DNA of 64,000 nt, from the NCBI RefSeq assembly GCF_009914755.1, contig NC_060926.1; one strand, given 5' to 3'. Below the pieces are notes generated by a model. The model ran no database searches. It had not been told where the DNA came from and saw only the letters and a program-made list of their open reading frames with translations. Position 1 is the first letter of the stretch, and each line of letters begins with the position of its first letter. The translations under genes and the position numbers were made by a program. Source of the stretch: the human T2T-CHM13v2.0 reference genome, Homo sapiens. Shown one piece after another: positions 27,413 to 42,748 of the stretch.

Positions 27413-28289
27413 TGCCCGAAGCGCCGCAGCCGGGCAGAGCATGCGCGCTGGGGCCGGAGCGCGGCGCCACTGCGCCTGCGCCACAGCAGCCCGGGGAGAG
27501 GTGGGCTGGGCTGCAGGTCCTGGCGTTGTGCTGGATCATCGCGCCCGTACTCTGAAGTTTTCTCCGTGGCGCTCCTTGAGAGGGGTTCCTCCTGCATCTT
27601 GAGAATATTTTGCATTTCGGCTCCCTTCTCTTCTCGCTGCCATCGGATGCCCCAAATAGGTCCTGTCCCCTCGGTGAATCAGACTTCGGAAACCGCCTCG
27701 CTTCAGGGTCAGAGTCCAAGTACAGATGAGCTTGAGGATTCTGAATGCACGCCCGGCTCTAGACCTTACAGACACACGCTTGGACAGACTTCTCCATATA
27801 CGACCCAGGAACGGACCCCTTGAGAAGGGATTCTTCACGCCCGCTGCCCTCTCCAGCGTCCTGGCCAGTGGCATCGCGTTCCCAGGAAACCTCGCTTCAG
27901 ATATTGCCCACCACCCCGCCCTATTCACGGTTCCTGGGTCTTCCTGGAGGAATGACATCTCAGAGAATGCGGACTCCTATGTTCATGTCATTTGAGCCGC
28001 CGCGTCCCTTATTTGATGTACCCCTTGTTGGTCCCGGAGGATGGCAACTAGACAAAAGGTCACAGGCCCCCACACCCGCTCCATAACGGCTTCTTGGCTT
28101 TTTGTTTCTTTTAAGCAATGAGGAAAGAGATGACTTTCGTGAAAACTTTTGCTGGAGAAGAGATCCTTCCCTCTGTATATGTGTGTGGGATGGGAAGTGT
28201 CAGACTCAGACCTTTAGCTCCTTGAGATCAAAAAGGTTTCGTGTTTGCTTTCGTCTCTTCTTTGCATCCCTAGCGTCTTTAAAAGAGTA

Positions 28290-28629
<340 letters not shown>

Positions 28630-29220
28630 TTATTTTATTTTATTTTTGCACCTTTTGTACTCCTCCTGGAGTTCATCCTGACAGACAGAGGTTTGTCTGG
28701 AGCCAGAGCTCACAAATAGTTGGAACTGCCCTAAGGATGCCATTTTGTTCTTAAATATAACTAGCAAATATTACTCAAAGCTGTGCACGATCCCCAAACC
28801 CTGGTCCCCAATAATTTGAATAATCTGAATATGCACGTTAAGGTATTGAGATGGGAACCCTCCTGTGTGGTATATCTTGCTCTTATCCTTTGTGAAGCCA
28901 ATAAACTTCAATTTCTACTCTCATAACTTCCCAAATGTGTTGTTTTTGTAGTTTTAAAACTGTCATTCACTGAAATGGTATAGGTTGATGGGGAATGGAG
29001 AGTGATAATAATTTGTGGCCACTGTTGAGTGACCAGACAGGTACTGATGCCTAGGAACAGGTAGTAAGATCTCACATAGCAGGCAAGCCTAAACAGCTGT
29101 ATATAATAGCAGCCTGGAGAATAACAGGACTCAGGCCACACCCTGAGTTCCCTGTTATAATGCTTTTGCAATGTTTTAAATAAGCATGAGTAGCTAACTT
29201 CCTCAGTAAGAAACTGTCCT

Positions 29221-29617
<397 letters not shown>

Positions 29618-29629
29618 TCAAGAAAGTTT

Positions 29630-29930
29630 GAACAGGGCTAGGTGGCACCTGCTTATGTCCCAGCAACTCGGGAGGCTGAGGCAGGAAAATCGCTTGAGCC
29701 CAGGAGTTCTGGGCTTTAGTAAGCTATGCCAATCAGAGATCTGCACTAAGTTTGGCATCAATACAGTGACCTCCAGGGAGCAAGGTTGCCTAAGGAGTGG
29801 TGAACTGGCCCAGGTCAGAAACAGAGCAGGTTAAAACTTCTGTGCTGATCACTAGTGGGATCATGACCATGAATAGCCACTGCACTTAAGCCTGGGCAAT
29901 ATAGCAAGACACTGTCTCTTAAAAAAGAAA
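29630..29930 (+). pseudogene. RN7SL111P: 7SL (SRP RNA) processed pseudogene
   Basis: Contains the 7SL S-domain that Alus lack (GCACTAAGTTTGGCATCAATA...GGTTGCCTAAGGAG...GGCCCAGGTCAGAAACAGAGCAGG); A-tail; TSD AAGAAAGTTT at 29620 and 29931. The symbol is recalled from annotation of this locus. Confidence 0.9.
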
Positions 29931-30224
29931 AAGAAAGTTTAAGCAGCCCATATTTGAGAGCAGAAACCCTTCACAGTCTTGAAGAAGACCTTTAACAGCC
30001 AATGCAGACAAGGAGGCTTGTGAGGAATCTCTCAGATCAATCCATCTCTCTCCCTTTCCCTTCACTCCAGACACCCTCACAAATTGTGTCTCCCAAGTGT
30101 GATATCTGAGGACTAGAAATCAGTCATTCTGTCTCTCTTCTGTACACTGAGTACAGAGTTGTGTGATGTTCCTCTTTGGAGCCTCACAAATACTTTCCAG
30201 TTCGTGGGTAAAGAGGTACCATAG

Positions 30225-31000
<776 letters not shown>

Positions 31001-31218
31001 GAAGTTTTCTATAAAGCTTTAATTATTCTGTCTTCAGGCTTCTCTCATTCCTTCTACATGTAGTGCAACAATGGGTGTTCAGTAAAGTAGAGTGACACAG
31101 CGAGGTCACACAGCACATTAGAGGGAGTGCTAGAACCAGAGCCCCAAATTTCTCATTCCCCATGTTCTTTTGCTCACCCATCCAACCATCCATCCATCCA
31201 TCCATCCATCCAACAAAT

Positions 31219-31975
31219 ATTGCTGAGTTTCTTCTATGTCAGTAGCTCTCAAACTTGGCTGCACATTGGAATCACCTGGATTCCACCCTTAGCAATCCTG
31301 ATTTAATTGGGCTAGGGAGAGGCATGAATATTGAATTTTTTGCCTTGGAACATATTGTTTTATATACAACACAGTAGTGAATAGTGACTTCATTATGGAT
31401 TTGTTTCTTTATAGATCACAGTGGCATATAAAATTCAAAATCCATAAACAAAGAGCTCTTAGGTTAAATGAGTTCTTCCTAAAAATTCTTAATGGCATGC
31501 TGGTCTATTCTCAAGCGGTACAATTTTATAATGCACCATCCTATATTTAGCATGTCACATTTCTACAGTAACATAATGGAGGCACAGGCAGTGCAAGCAG
31601 ATTTAAACCCCTTCTACTTCTGGACTGAAGGTTAGAAAAACACAGCGTGTACACACACACACTTGGATGAGTTCTTCCAATACGTTTTCCCCCAAAAATG
31701 ATAGTTTTATCAAAGAATTTCAATAACTTTCATAGTTTGTACAACCACACTCTATTAGCTACATTAAAAAGGATTCAACAAGGGGCCAACTACACAGTAG
31801 TAAATAAACATGTTTGAGAATATCTGCTACATTCTCTATCTCCTGGAGAAAATAATATTTACATTTTTTGGTAAAGTGATTTAATAACTAAACAATTCTT
31901 TCTTTTGGTCGGGGGTAGGTAATGGGATTGTCAAAGCTTCACAGGTGATTCCAATAAGCAGTCAATTTGAGAAGA
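31219..31975. mobile_element. MER5A-like hAT element split into two halves (31219-31341, 31933-31975) by a ~590 bp insert
   Basis: Left half CTCTCAAACTTGGCTGCACATTGGAATCACCTGG; right half AAAGCTTCACAGGTGATTCCAAT...TTGAGAA. Confidence 0.65.
31342..31932 (-). pseudogene. Putative retroposed mRNA 3'UTR fragment (parent unknown)
   Basis: Unique AT-rich sequence interrupting a DNA transposon; on the minus strand TATAAA lies 17 nt before a short A-run. Confidence 0.45.
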
Positions 31976-32124
31976 GTTTCTCTGTGCCAGAAACTGTTCC
32001 TGATGCTGCAGATACTGCAGTCAACACACCAAACAAGATAATTACTGACAGAAATTAAACATGTAATTAATAAGATAATATCAGGTAGAAATAGGTGCTA
32101 TTAAAGGGGGGAAAAACAGTGTAG

Positions 32125-32320
32125 TTTGGGTGTGGTGGCTCACACCTGTAATCCCAGCACTTTGGGAGGCTGAGGCAGGCAGATTGCTTGAGCCCAGGAG
32201 TTCAAGACCAGCCTGGGAAACATGGCAAAAACCTGTCTCTACAATTAACAACAACAACAACAAAAAAAACAAAAACCAAAAAACAAGCAATGACAACTAC
32301 AACAACAACAATTAAAAAAA
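32125..32320 (+). mobile_element. Alu left monomer (FLAM/AluJ) with (CAA)n tail
   Basis: Single arm; TSD AAAA(A/C)CAGTGTA. Confidence 0.85.
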
Positions 32321-33389
32321 ACCAGTGTAATGCAATAAAGAATAGCTAGAGTCAGAGTCACTTTTAGATGAAGGGGCCAGGATTAGGCTTTGCAGTGCCA
32401 TTTGAGAGAGACCTAAATCCCAAAAGGACACCATAGAAGGGCCTCAGGGGAAAGCATTGCTGGCAGAAGGAGCATCTGAGGTGTTCTGGACAGTTTCCCA
32501 TTACCCTTCCAGTCCTGCTCTCAGTCCTCTCCTTGTTTGTTTCAGCACAAGGCTGACCAGTAAGGACTTCAGCAGCAGGGCCTGGGGTATGAGGATCTGG
32601 GATGTGGGTCTTGGGATGAAGGGGTGTCTGGGATGTGAGTCCTGGGGTTTGGGGGAACTGAGTTATAGGGACTAGGAAGTAAGATTTCAATAGTAATTTG
32701 ACAAAATATATTAAGAACTTAAAAATTTTCTTTGATATGATACTTCCACTTTCAGGGCTTATATCAGATCTTCATCACAATGTTACTGATGAGAAAAAAA
32801 ACCTATAAACCATCTAAATAGCCCATAATAAGGGACTGGTTAGGTACATTATAGTCTGTCCATTTGATATAGTGAAAATGTGTGCTTCAGCAGGCCATGA
32901 ACAAAAACAGTGAGAGATGAGGCTGTATAAATGTTAACAATGTCTGCCTGTCAAAAAATTATTACAACATTTAAAAGGCAAACTGGAAAAATATTTGTTA
33001 CCTGTGACAAGAATTCTTCCAAATGAGGAAGAAACATTTAACAGAAAAATGAGCATAAGACTTGAATAGAGAATTTCTAAAAGAAATTGTCACTAAATGT
33101 CTGAAAAAAAAAAAAAACTCAGCCTTATTCTAAAAGGTTAAAATGTGGTATCTTTTTGCATGGAAAAAATAATTAATGCTTAAAAGACACTAAACAAATG
33201 CCAGTAGCATTCCCTAGTCAGTAAGGTTTTACAACAGTTCTTGGACGGCAGTTTGGCAAAGTTAATTTTTCACCAAATATTCATTCTGTGCCTCTTCTGT
33301 GCCAGGTACAGAGAAGGGCTCTCAATGTGGGTGAGGGTAGAGATTCAGGACCAAGGAGCAGTCTGGAGTTTTCACAGAGCATGGGAGAT

Positions 33390-33731
33390 TGTCTTAGTCT
33401 TTTTAGGCTGCTATAACAAAATACTATAGAGTGGCTTATAAACTACAAAAATTTTATTTTCCTCACTTCTGGAGGCTGGGAAGTCCAAGGTCAAGGCACC
33501 ACCAAATATAATGTCTGGCGAGGTCCCATTTCTTATGGATGTACAGCTTCTCATTGTCACCTTACACGGTAGAAGGGTGAGGAGCCTCTGTAAGGCCTCT
33601 TTTATAAGAGCACAATCCTATTCATTATGGTAGAGCCCTAATCACCTCCCATCTTCTAATACTATCACCTTGTGGGAGTCAGGATTTCAACATATAGATT
33701 TTGGGGTAACCCAAACATTCCCACCACAGCA
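33390..33731 (-). mobile_element. MLT1A-like MaLR solo LTR
   Basis: TGTCTTAGTC...GCTGCTATAACAAAATAC...CTGGAGGCTGGGAAGTCCAAG...CCACAGCA. Confidence 0.8.
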
Positions 33732-35064
33732 GAGGCATTACCAACATTTAGCACCCAGTTGTTAAAGACATCAAACTTCCTGCATTGATTTTAGGTCATA
33801 AAAATTTCTTTGACCAGAGAAATGTAAGCAGATAGGAGATTGTGCCAGTTCTGGGTGAGGTGTCAAGAACCATTCTGTGTTCCCTCACTCTCCTAAGCTC
33901 AAGCCATTCACCAGGAGACCGCATACTCAGGCAACCATACCTCCCTCCACCTGGGCCCTCAAGCAAGAAACACCAGTGAGAGACCAGAGCAGACCTGAGC
34001 CCCAAGCCCAGCCGAGTACCAAGCCCACGAGTGAGATATCAGTGTTGGTTGTGACCAATGAGGTTTGGGGGTTATTTGTTAAGCATCATTATCATGCATA
34101 ACCTTATAAACTGTACAAAGAATTGTTCCCCCAGATGCCATAAGCATGCCCAACCCTCTGTCTGAAAAATGCTGGATACAGAAAAGAAAGAGAACAGAGC
34201 TCTGGGATGAGCATGCACAGTCAACCAATCATCACAGCACAGATGACATGACGCATGTTGAAATAAGTGCCTTTAATAATGAGTTGAAAAGTGGGATGAA
34301 AAAGAGGAACAGGAGTAACAGTTTTGAGTGGGAAGTTAATGAAAGTTTCTCCAGGGATACAACATGTAAGACTTGAGATGAAAGAGGGTTAGACCTGGAG
34401 TGGGATAAAGGTTTCCAACAGAGAGGGGGCCATGAATAGGGAGGAGCTTGCACCTGAGGGGTTGGAGCAGGAGCACTAACTAGGTGCCAACTGGATGGTC
34501 TGGCCCCATCAGGACCTTGGGGACCACCAGGAGGGGATTGGATTTTACCTAAGTGCAATGAGAGCCATCAAAGGGAATTTTGTTGGTTTGTTTAAATCAA
34601 AATTTGTTTTGTAAACATATTAGTTTTACCACTGGTGTGATTTAGCCTTTGATCTATAGAAATGGAATTTGAGTTTCAAATGTCTCCAGTGGCAGGACTG
34701 CCCACAAAGAATCCCTACTACCATTCACATTTTGGGGAGGGGGTTAATAGCACCAACTCAAGTACTATCCTTACACTGTCTAGAAATTAAAGGAAACAAT
34801 TGACTCAGGAATTTCACTTCTAAATAGCCTGCATTTACATAACAGTATCCTTGGAATTATAGTTCTATCAAGCTTTCATGTGAAAACTAAATGAGAGAAA
34901 ATGAAAATTACTTTAGAAGAGAGACCAAAAAATACTGTTTTCTGGATTAATCAGAGACTTCCTGTTAATAAATAGCAATAAGAATACAACTTTCATTATC
35001 CTGAAATCAAATAAGATGAAAAGAATTATACTAAGATTCACACATATATTTGTGTGGATATATA

Positions 35065-35380
35065 TATGGGAAAAACCTAAGCATGTTTCCCTACTCTCTA
35101 CTCACAATCACAGAGTACTTCTGACACCAGATGTGTGGGGGGTTTTCTCCACATGCCAACCAAGCAACTCTGCAGCAAACACCAGCTAGGTGTCCTGTTA
35201 TTCTGATCCTACTTACTTGGAGACAGCCAGGTAAAGTTGGGTTGAGAGCTCAGGATAGGTGAGGGCTCAGTCCCAGGAGCCTGACCCCATTTCACATGCC
35301 AATTACAAACTCAGATTTTGACCTCAGCTTCTGGCCCACTGACTATAAACCAGGGTTCCCATGATTCCCTCCTTGGGTTG
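35065..35380. mobile_element. Truncated MER21-like LTR
   Basis: ACTTCTGACACCAGATGTGTGGGGG...ACCAGCTAGGTGTCCT...GGGCTCAGTCCCA motifs; ends abruptly at ERV internal sequence. Confidence 0.6.
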
Positions 35381-35807
35381 TGGCATTGGGCATTCTGGTG
35401 AGCTCTCCATGTGATCTACACATCAGGCATGAGACTTTATCCCTGAAACTTATGTCAAATTGTCCAGCTTAGCAGTTTTTGTTCTTGTTTGGAGAGTTGT
35501 AGCAAGATATTGAAGTAAACTAGAGGAATTTAAGATCCAATCCTAAATAAATAACAAAAACTTGAAAACAATGAACAGGGCTATGATCTAACAACAAGTG
35601 TACTATGGTTTTCTTCTGAAACCTAATTTTTCTCTCTATTGTCATCCCCACTTCTACTAAAAATAATCACAGTAACACCAATTTGTTTCTAAAATAAGTT
35701 TAGTCTCAAACTTGGCCTAATTATTTGTATAAGTACAGCAAGAATAACCATATAGGCTCCTTTTAAATTTGCTTGATGATAATTTTGACAAGAAATCTTA
35801 GGCTGGA

Positions 35808-36123
35808 CTTTTTTTTTTTTTTTTTTTTTTGAGATGAAGTCTCGCTCTGTACCCCAGGCTGGAGGGCAGTGGCGTGATCTTGGCTCACTGCAAGCTCCGC
35901 CTCCTGGGTTCACGCCATTCTCTTGCCTCAGCCTCCTTAGTAGCTGGGACTACAGGCGCCCGTCACCACGCCTGGCTAATTTTTTTTTTTTTTTTTTGCA
36001 TTTTTTGTAGAGACGAGGTTTCACCGTGTTAGCCAGGATGGTCTCGATCTCCTGACCTCGTGATCCGCCCGCCTCGGCCTCCCAAAGTGCTGGGATTACA
36101 GGCGTGAGCCACCGCGCCCGGCC
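35808..36123 (-). mobile_element. AluY SINE
   Basis: Near-consensus and CpG-rich; TSD CTGGACTTTTT. Confidence 0.93.
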
Positions 36124-36479
36124 TAAACTGGACTTTTTAAAACCTCTCGATGCTAGGAAGTCAAACCAATGCAGACATCAGACTTTGCCCTTAAAGCCAG
36201 ACTCTCTATGCATGTTTTCAAATATGACATTCCAGTCAAAGCTTTGATAATATAGTCAATGTTTTCAGTTGTATCATGTTAAAGAGAACAGATTCTTGTT
36301 GAATTTATGCAAATAACCATATCATCATAAACAAAAATAAGGATACCCATGAATTATTTCCTGAGTTTTGGAGGGATCAGGTAGGGAACAAAAGCAAATG
36401 TTTCAATTTTTGTTTACAAAAGTATGCATTAGCAAATTGCTATAAGTTATAGTTAGCTTAAAAGAAAAAAAGTTCCCTT

Positions 36480-36857
<378 letters not shown>

Positions 36858-37379
36858 TTAAGCCCCATTATTCTTTCTTGTCAGTTCATTCAGTCTCATG
36901 TAATAAATTTTTGTTCTGTTTGATCTTGGTTAGCAGTTTCACAAACCCATCAGTCTCATTAGAGTTCTAGAAATTCTTACCCAGTCCAATGGTATTAAAA
37001 AAAAAAAAAAAAACCTTAAAGTTATCAGAAACCTGTACTTGCCAGGGTTCTTTCTATCCTTATTATGAACCTCCTTAAAGACATACAAATATAACTCGAA
37101 GAAGGTTAAATTCCATTTCTTATTTGACAAAGTTTCTCATGTAATTTAAGGAATCAAATAAGCTGTTTAATCTGTTTAATATCTCTCTTTTGCATTTCCA
37201 GGGGCCCTCTGGGCTGTCCAACAGCTGGTTCAAGGTCAAAAGGACTTAATTTTATAATTTGATTTTAGGAAGTTTGTCGAAAATAAACTTTCAAAACACT
37301 TGATCAAAAGTAGGATCACAGGCCACTATGAAACAATAATTATTCCTTTAACCAGAGTTTTAATTAAGAGAAGTTGCAA

Positions 37380-38082
<703 letters not shown>

Positions 38083-38883
38083 TCAGAGACCTAATAAAGA
38101 CAGTATGAAGCATAGGAAATTAACTTGATAAAGCACAAAATCTCTCTTTCTCCTGCTTACAGGTTCCCTCTTTCCTTGCTTCTTTTTAGTTCCTAAGTCC
38201 ATATTTTGAAAGAACCTTTAAATAATATCAAAATTAGACAAAATTACTTTTTTCCCAAAGGGAAAAAAGCATACCTTTATGCCTTTCTTATAATTTTTCT
38301 CAACAAAAACACTCTCACTTTCCTGCTTAGCATACTGAATTGTTCCCTTTATTTCTAGTAGTTTTAATTATGTATACTAATTATACTTTTTAATTCTTAG
38401 CAGTTGCAAACCAATTCTGTAGAGTAGGACCATTTCATAATTCCTAGAAATATGTGCTTCCTGAAGGTACAAATTTTCTTTTTTTCTTTTTCTTTTAGAG
38501 ATGGGGTCTCTGTTACACAAGCTGGGCTCAAGTGACCCTCCTGCCTCAACCTCCTGAGTAGCTGGAACTACATGCATGTGCCATCTGTTTTATCTGGCTA
38601 AAGTACAATTTTTCAATGTGGAATAGAACACATTTACTAACAGACCTAAATGCATTTTGTCTTTTTGTACAATTCAAGAAGCCAAAAACAAACTTAAACT
38701 TACGTGCAGCAATTAATGTTTCAGCATTTTATCATACTTAGAAATGATTCAGACATTTCATGAGAATCTATTAATTATAACACAACTTTAAGTTATCTAC
38801 AAAGATTTTTGAAACCATGAAAATTTTATTTATAAACTTTTATCCTGTCTATATTCACCTAGTCTACTCATTCTTAACAATAA

Positions 38884-39439
<556 letters not shown>

Positions 39440-39595
39440 TAGGTTTTCTTCAAGCAAATTAGAGCTTTTTTTCATATATTTTAGTAGAGAAATATCACAT
39501 ACACGTAATACATATAGACATATGGACACACAGAGAGAAGCAGATCTTACAGCTTTTTAAAGATTCTTCTAGGCAGTCATGGTGGCTCATGCCTG

Positions 39596-40146
39596 TGTAA
39601 ACCAGAGTATCTAAGACAAGTCTCAATCAATTTAGGAAGTTTATTTTGCCAAAGTTAAGGATGCACCCATGATACAGCCTCAGAAGGTCCTAACAACAGG
39701 TGTCCAAGGTGGTCGGGGCGCAGCTTGGTTTTATACATTTTAGGGCGACATGAGACATCAATCAATATATGTAAGATGTACATTGGTTCAGTCTGGAAAG
39801 GTGGGACAACTCAAAGTGGGGAGGGGGCTTCCAGGTCACAGGTAGACAAAGAACAAATGGTTGCATTATTTTGGGTTTCTGATTAGCCTTCCACTGAATC
39901 AAAGGAAGCAATCAGCTGTGCATTTGTCTCCTGGGAGCAGAGGGATGACTTTGAGTTCTGTCTGTCCTTTGTCCACAAGGAATTATTTTGTGGACAAATT
40001 GTGAGGGAGGTATGTAGGTTTTTATCTTTGTAGCCATCCTATTTAGGAATAGAATGGGAGGCAGGTTTGCTCTTTGCAGTTCCCAGGCTGACTTTTCTCT
40101 TTGGCTTAGTGATTTTGGGGTCCTGAGATTTATTAATTTTTTCATA
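39596..40146. mobile_element. MER4A-like ERV1 solo LTR inserted into an AluJ (Alu parts 39570-39595 and 40147-40420)
   Basis: TGTAAACCAGAGTATCTAAGACAAGTCTCAATCAATTTAG...TTTCATA; 4-bp TSD CCTG/CCTA. Confidence 0.8.
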
Positions 40147-41179
40147 CCTATAATCTCAGCCCTTTTGGAGGCTCAGGTGGGAGGATCACTTGAGGCCAGG
40201 AGTTCAAAGCCAGTCTGGGCAACAAAGTGAGGCCCCGTCTCTACAAAAAAATAAAATTAGCTGGGCATGGTTGTGTGCTCCTGTAGTCCCAGCTACTCCA
40301 GAGGCTGAAGTGAGAGGCTTGCTTGAGCCTGGAACTTCAAGGTTACAGTGAGCTATGATTGTGCCACAGTACTCCAGCCTGGGTAACAGAGTGAGACCCT
40401 GTTTCAAAAATAAATAAATATTCTGCATTTTCTAGTTTTCAAGATCTCTCTCTCTCCACTTTAGACTATCAATCTTATGATTGCTTATTCCTTGCTCTAA
40501 ACAATTGTTAGGTAGGTGACCTTAAATTTGCATTGCCAAAGGCATGACATTTGTGTGAAACAAGGTGAAAAATTTATAGAACTTAGGTCTAAATGCCATT
40601 ATTTGCTGAGATAAAGAAGGGCATAGGTAAGAGACTCAGTTAAGACAAGATGGTGAGGAAAATTACCTTAAACAAGAGTAAAATTTGTTATGTAAGCTTT
40701 AAGCCAATGTCTTTCCTATTGTTGTTTAGGTACAGAAAGGAAGATACCTTTAGAAATGCAGATTTCATTTATAGATGTAAATTTATTTTTACAAGGAATT
40801 TCAAAATAGCTAGCTAAATGCAGAAAGTTATATTTTGGAAACCAAGTTAGTTCAACGGGCAGTCTTTTCAATTTAGCTTGTTTCTTAATTAGATTACTGA
40901 CTTTAGGATGGAGTTCTTCAATGAACAGGGCTAAACAAAAAGGTCAGTAGATTTAATTTTCTTATCAATCACTTAAGCTTTTTATTTGGTATTTTGTAAA
41001 AAGCCATTCAAAAGATGCAATAAATTTTTTCTGAAATACTTTTAGAAGCTTATGCCTATTGAAGGCATCCCTGGATGGGCCTAATTTGGGAGCCCTGTAG
41101 ATCAGCTCTTCATGAACCACTCCCAAAAATCAGCCAAAAACCCCAGAGATTTAAATAATGCCTTGAGAGCTGCAACAGT

Positions 41180-41817
41180 TGAAGCGGCCTCATTGTCTGG
41201 GGTGACATCTGAGGTCCGTTTTCTCTTGGCCATGGAGAGCAAGGATGCAGACACACAAAGAGTAAGGTTAAGAGTGGAAATTTAACAGGCAAAAGAAAGA
41301 GAATAGCTCTCTGCTACAGAGAGGTGTCTGGGAAAAATGGGTTGCCGATTTGTGGTGAAATGCAGTGGTTTTTATAGATGACTTAAGAGGGAGGCGATGT
41401 CTGATCTACATAGGACAAAAAAAATCAGTTAGGACCAGGTGTGCCATCTGCATAGGGTGTGAATCTCTGGCAGCCCCCACCCCAGTCTTTTATTATGCAG
41501 GTGAATTCTCTGCCTGAGCTTCTCCATGTTGCCCATTTCATTCTTACTGTGCATGTGCTAACAAGAAAGGGAAGATGGAGCTTCCATGGCAGACACACCT
41601 GTCTCCCAGGTAGCCCTTTTCTGTTGGTGCAGTTGCTGGCATTCCTCCGTGCAAGCTTCCAGCTTCCTTTTTTATGTTTTGCATCCCTATTTATCAGGCT
41701 GCTCTTTGTTAGAAAAGACATGATTTCTAGGGCTGCTTTTTGTTAGAAGGGAAGTTCTGCCAAGGACTCTTTGCCATCACTATCTGCCTAAATAATTTCT
41801 TTATCTCTCCTGTATCA
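41180..41817 (-). mobile_element. ERV1 solo LTR (LTR9-like)
   Basis: TG...CA termini (minus strand starts TGATACAGGAGAGATAAAGAAATTATTTAGGCAGATAG); 4-bp TSD CAGT/CAAT; family name tentative. Confidence 0.75.
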
Positions 41818-42082
41818 CAATCAGTCTAGCCGCAAATAAGGTTCAACCCACATTTCTGTCTGGCCATATTTTGCTAGCTGCAAATGGGATGCAGCTCCAT
41901 TTCTGTCTAGCCATATTCTTGAGGCTCCTAGCCTTTTGATTGGCCACCTGTATACACAGGCCCAACAACCCGTGTACCCCTGACAGATGGAAAGTCAAGC
42001 CAAGTTCTCAGGACAAGAAATGAGAAGATCAGGAAAGTGATTGCTGCTCATGGAAGGGAAAGGATCAATCTTAAAGTATAAT

Positions 42083-42748
42083 TGTTAGAGTAGGTAGTTG
42101 TCAGATATGAGCAGGGCAGAAGAGGCCCCCCTCTACCAGGAACGTCAGGCGACTATCAGGTGATGGTCAGGCAGTTGTTAAACTGTCTCTCTAAAGTTAT
42201 AATTGGTCACAGCTGTTGCCAGGGAAAATGCCAACTCTCAGTAGATAGAAAACACCTGAAGCTGATGAGCAGCCACTTCCCAATAAGATCTCAGGAACTG
42301 GGTGAGTGGGCCCAAGCATGCAAGCTAAGAGACAAGATGGCAGTTTAATTGGTATATGACCTTCTTCTAGGAATACGTGACTGCTAAGGGAAAAATGCCT
42401 CAAATGAGCATGTGCACAATTTCAGTAAACACACTGTACATGTGGCCCCTCCCAAGTCCTGGCAGGCCACTGCGCATGCGGACAGCCCACCCCAAGGGAA
42501 GAATCGGGGAGAAGAAATGCAAACCCTGGAATCATACCGACATATAAACCCCAAGTCAAGGGGAGGCGCTTGAATCTCCCAAGTTGCATGCTTGGCCCTT
42601 TTCCAAATATACTTTACTTCCTTTCATTTCTGCTCTAAAACTTTTAAAATATACTTTCACACTGTGCATTATGCTCAGATGAATAGTTTCTTTTAAGGAG
42701 GCAAGAATTGAGTTGCTGCAGACTTGTACAGATTCACTGCTGCTAACT
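42083..42748 (+). mobile_element. ERV1 solo LTR (MER50-like)
   Basis: TGTTAGAGTAGGTAG...GCTGCTAAC; TATA-like TATAAA at ~42544; 4-bp TSD TAAT/CAAT; followed by an Alu monomer at 42757-42890. Confidence 0.75.

Larger units (their letters stand above)
26560..27900. promoter_or_regulatory. CpG island / CCDC93 promoter and first exon
   Basis: Very GC- and CpG-rich versus the AT-rich flanks; GC boxes (GGGGCGGGG at ~27131); NRF1-type TGCGCCTGCGC at 27471-27481 and GCATGCGC at 27439-27446; no TATA box seen. Confidence 0.9.

Noticed and set aside
27365-27823. 152-aa + strand ORF and other overlapping ORFs in the CpG island
   Set aside because: GC-rich DNA is depleted of stop codons; the products are low-complexity with no recognisable domain.
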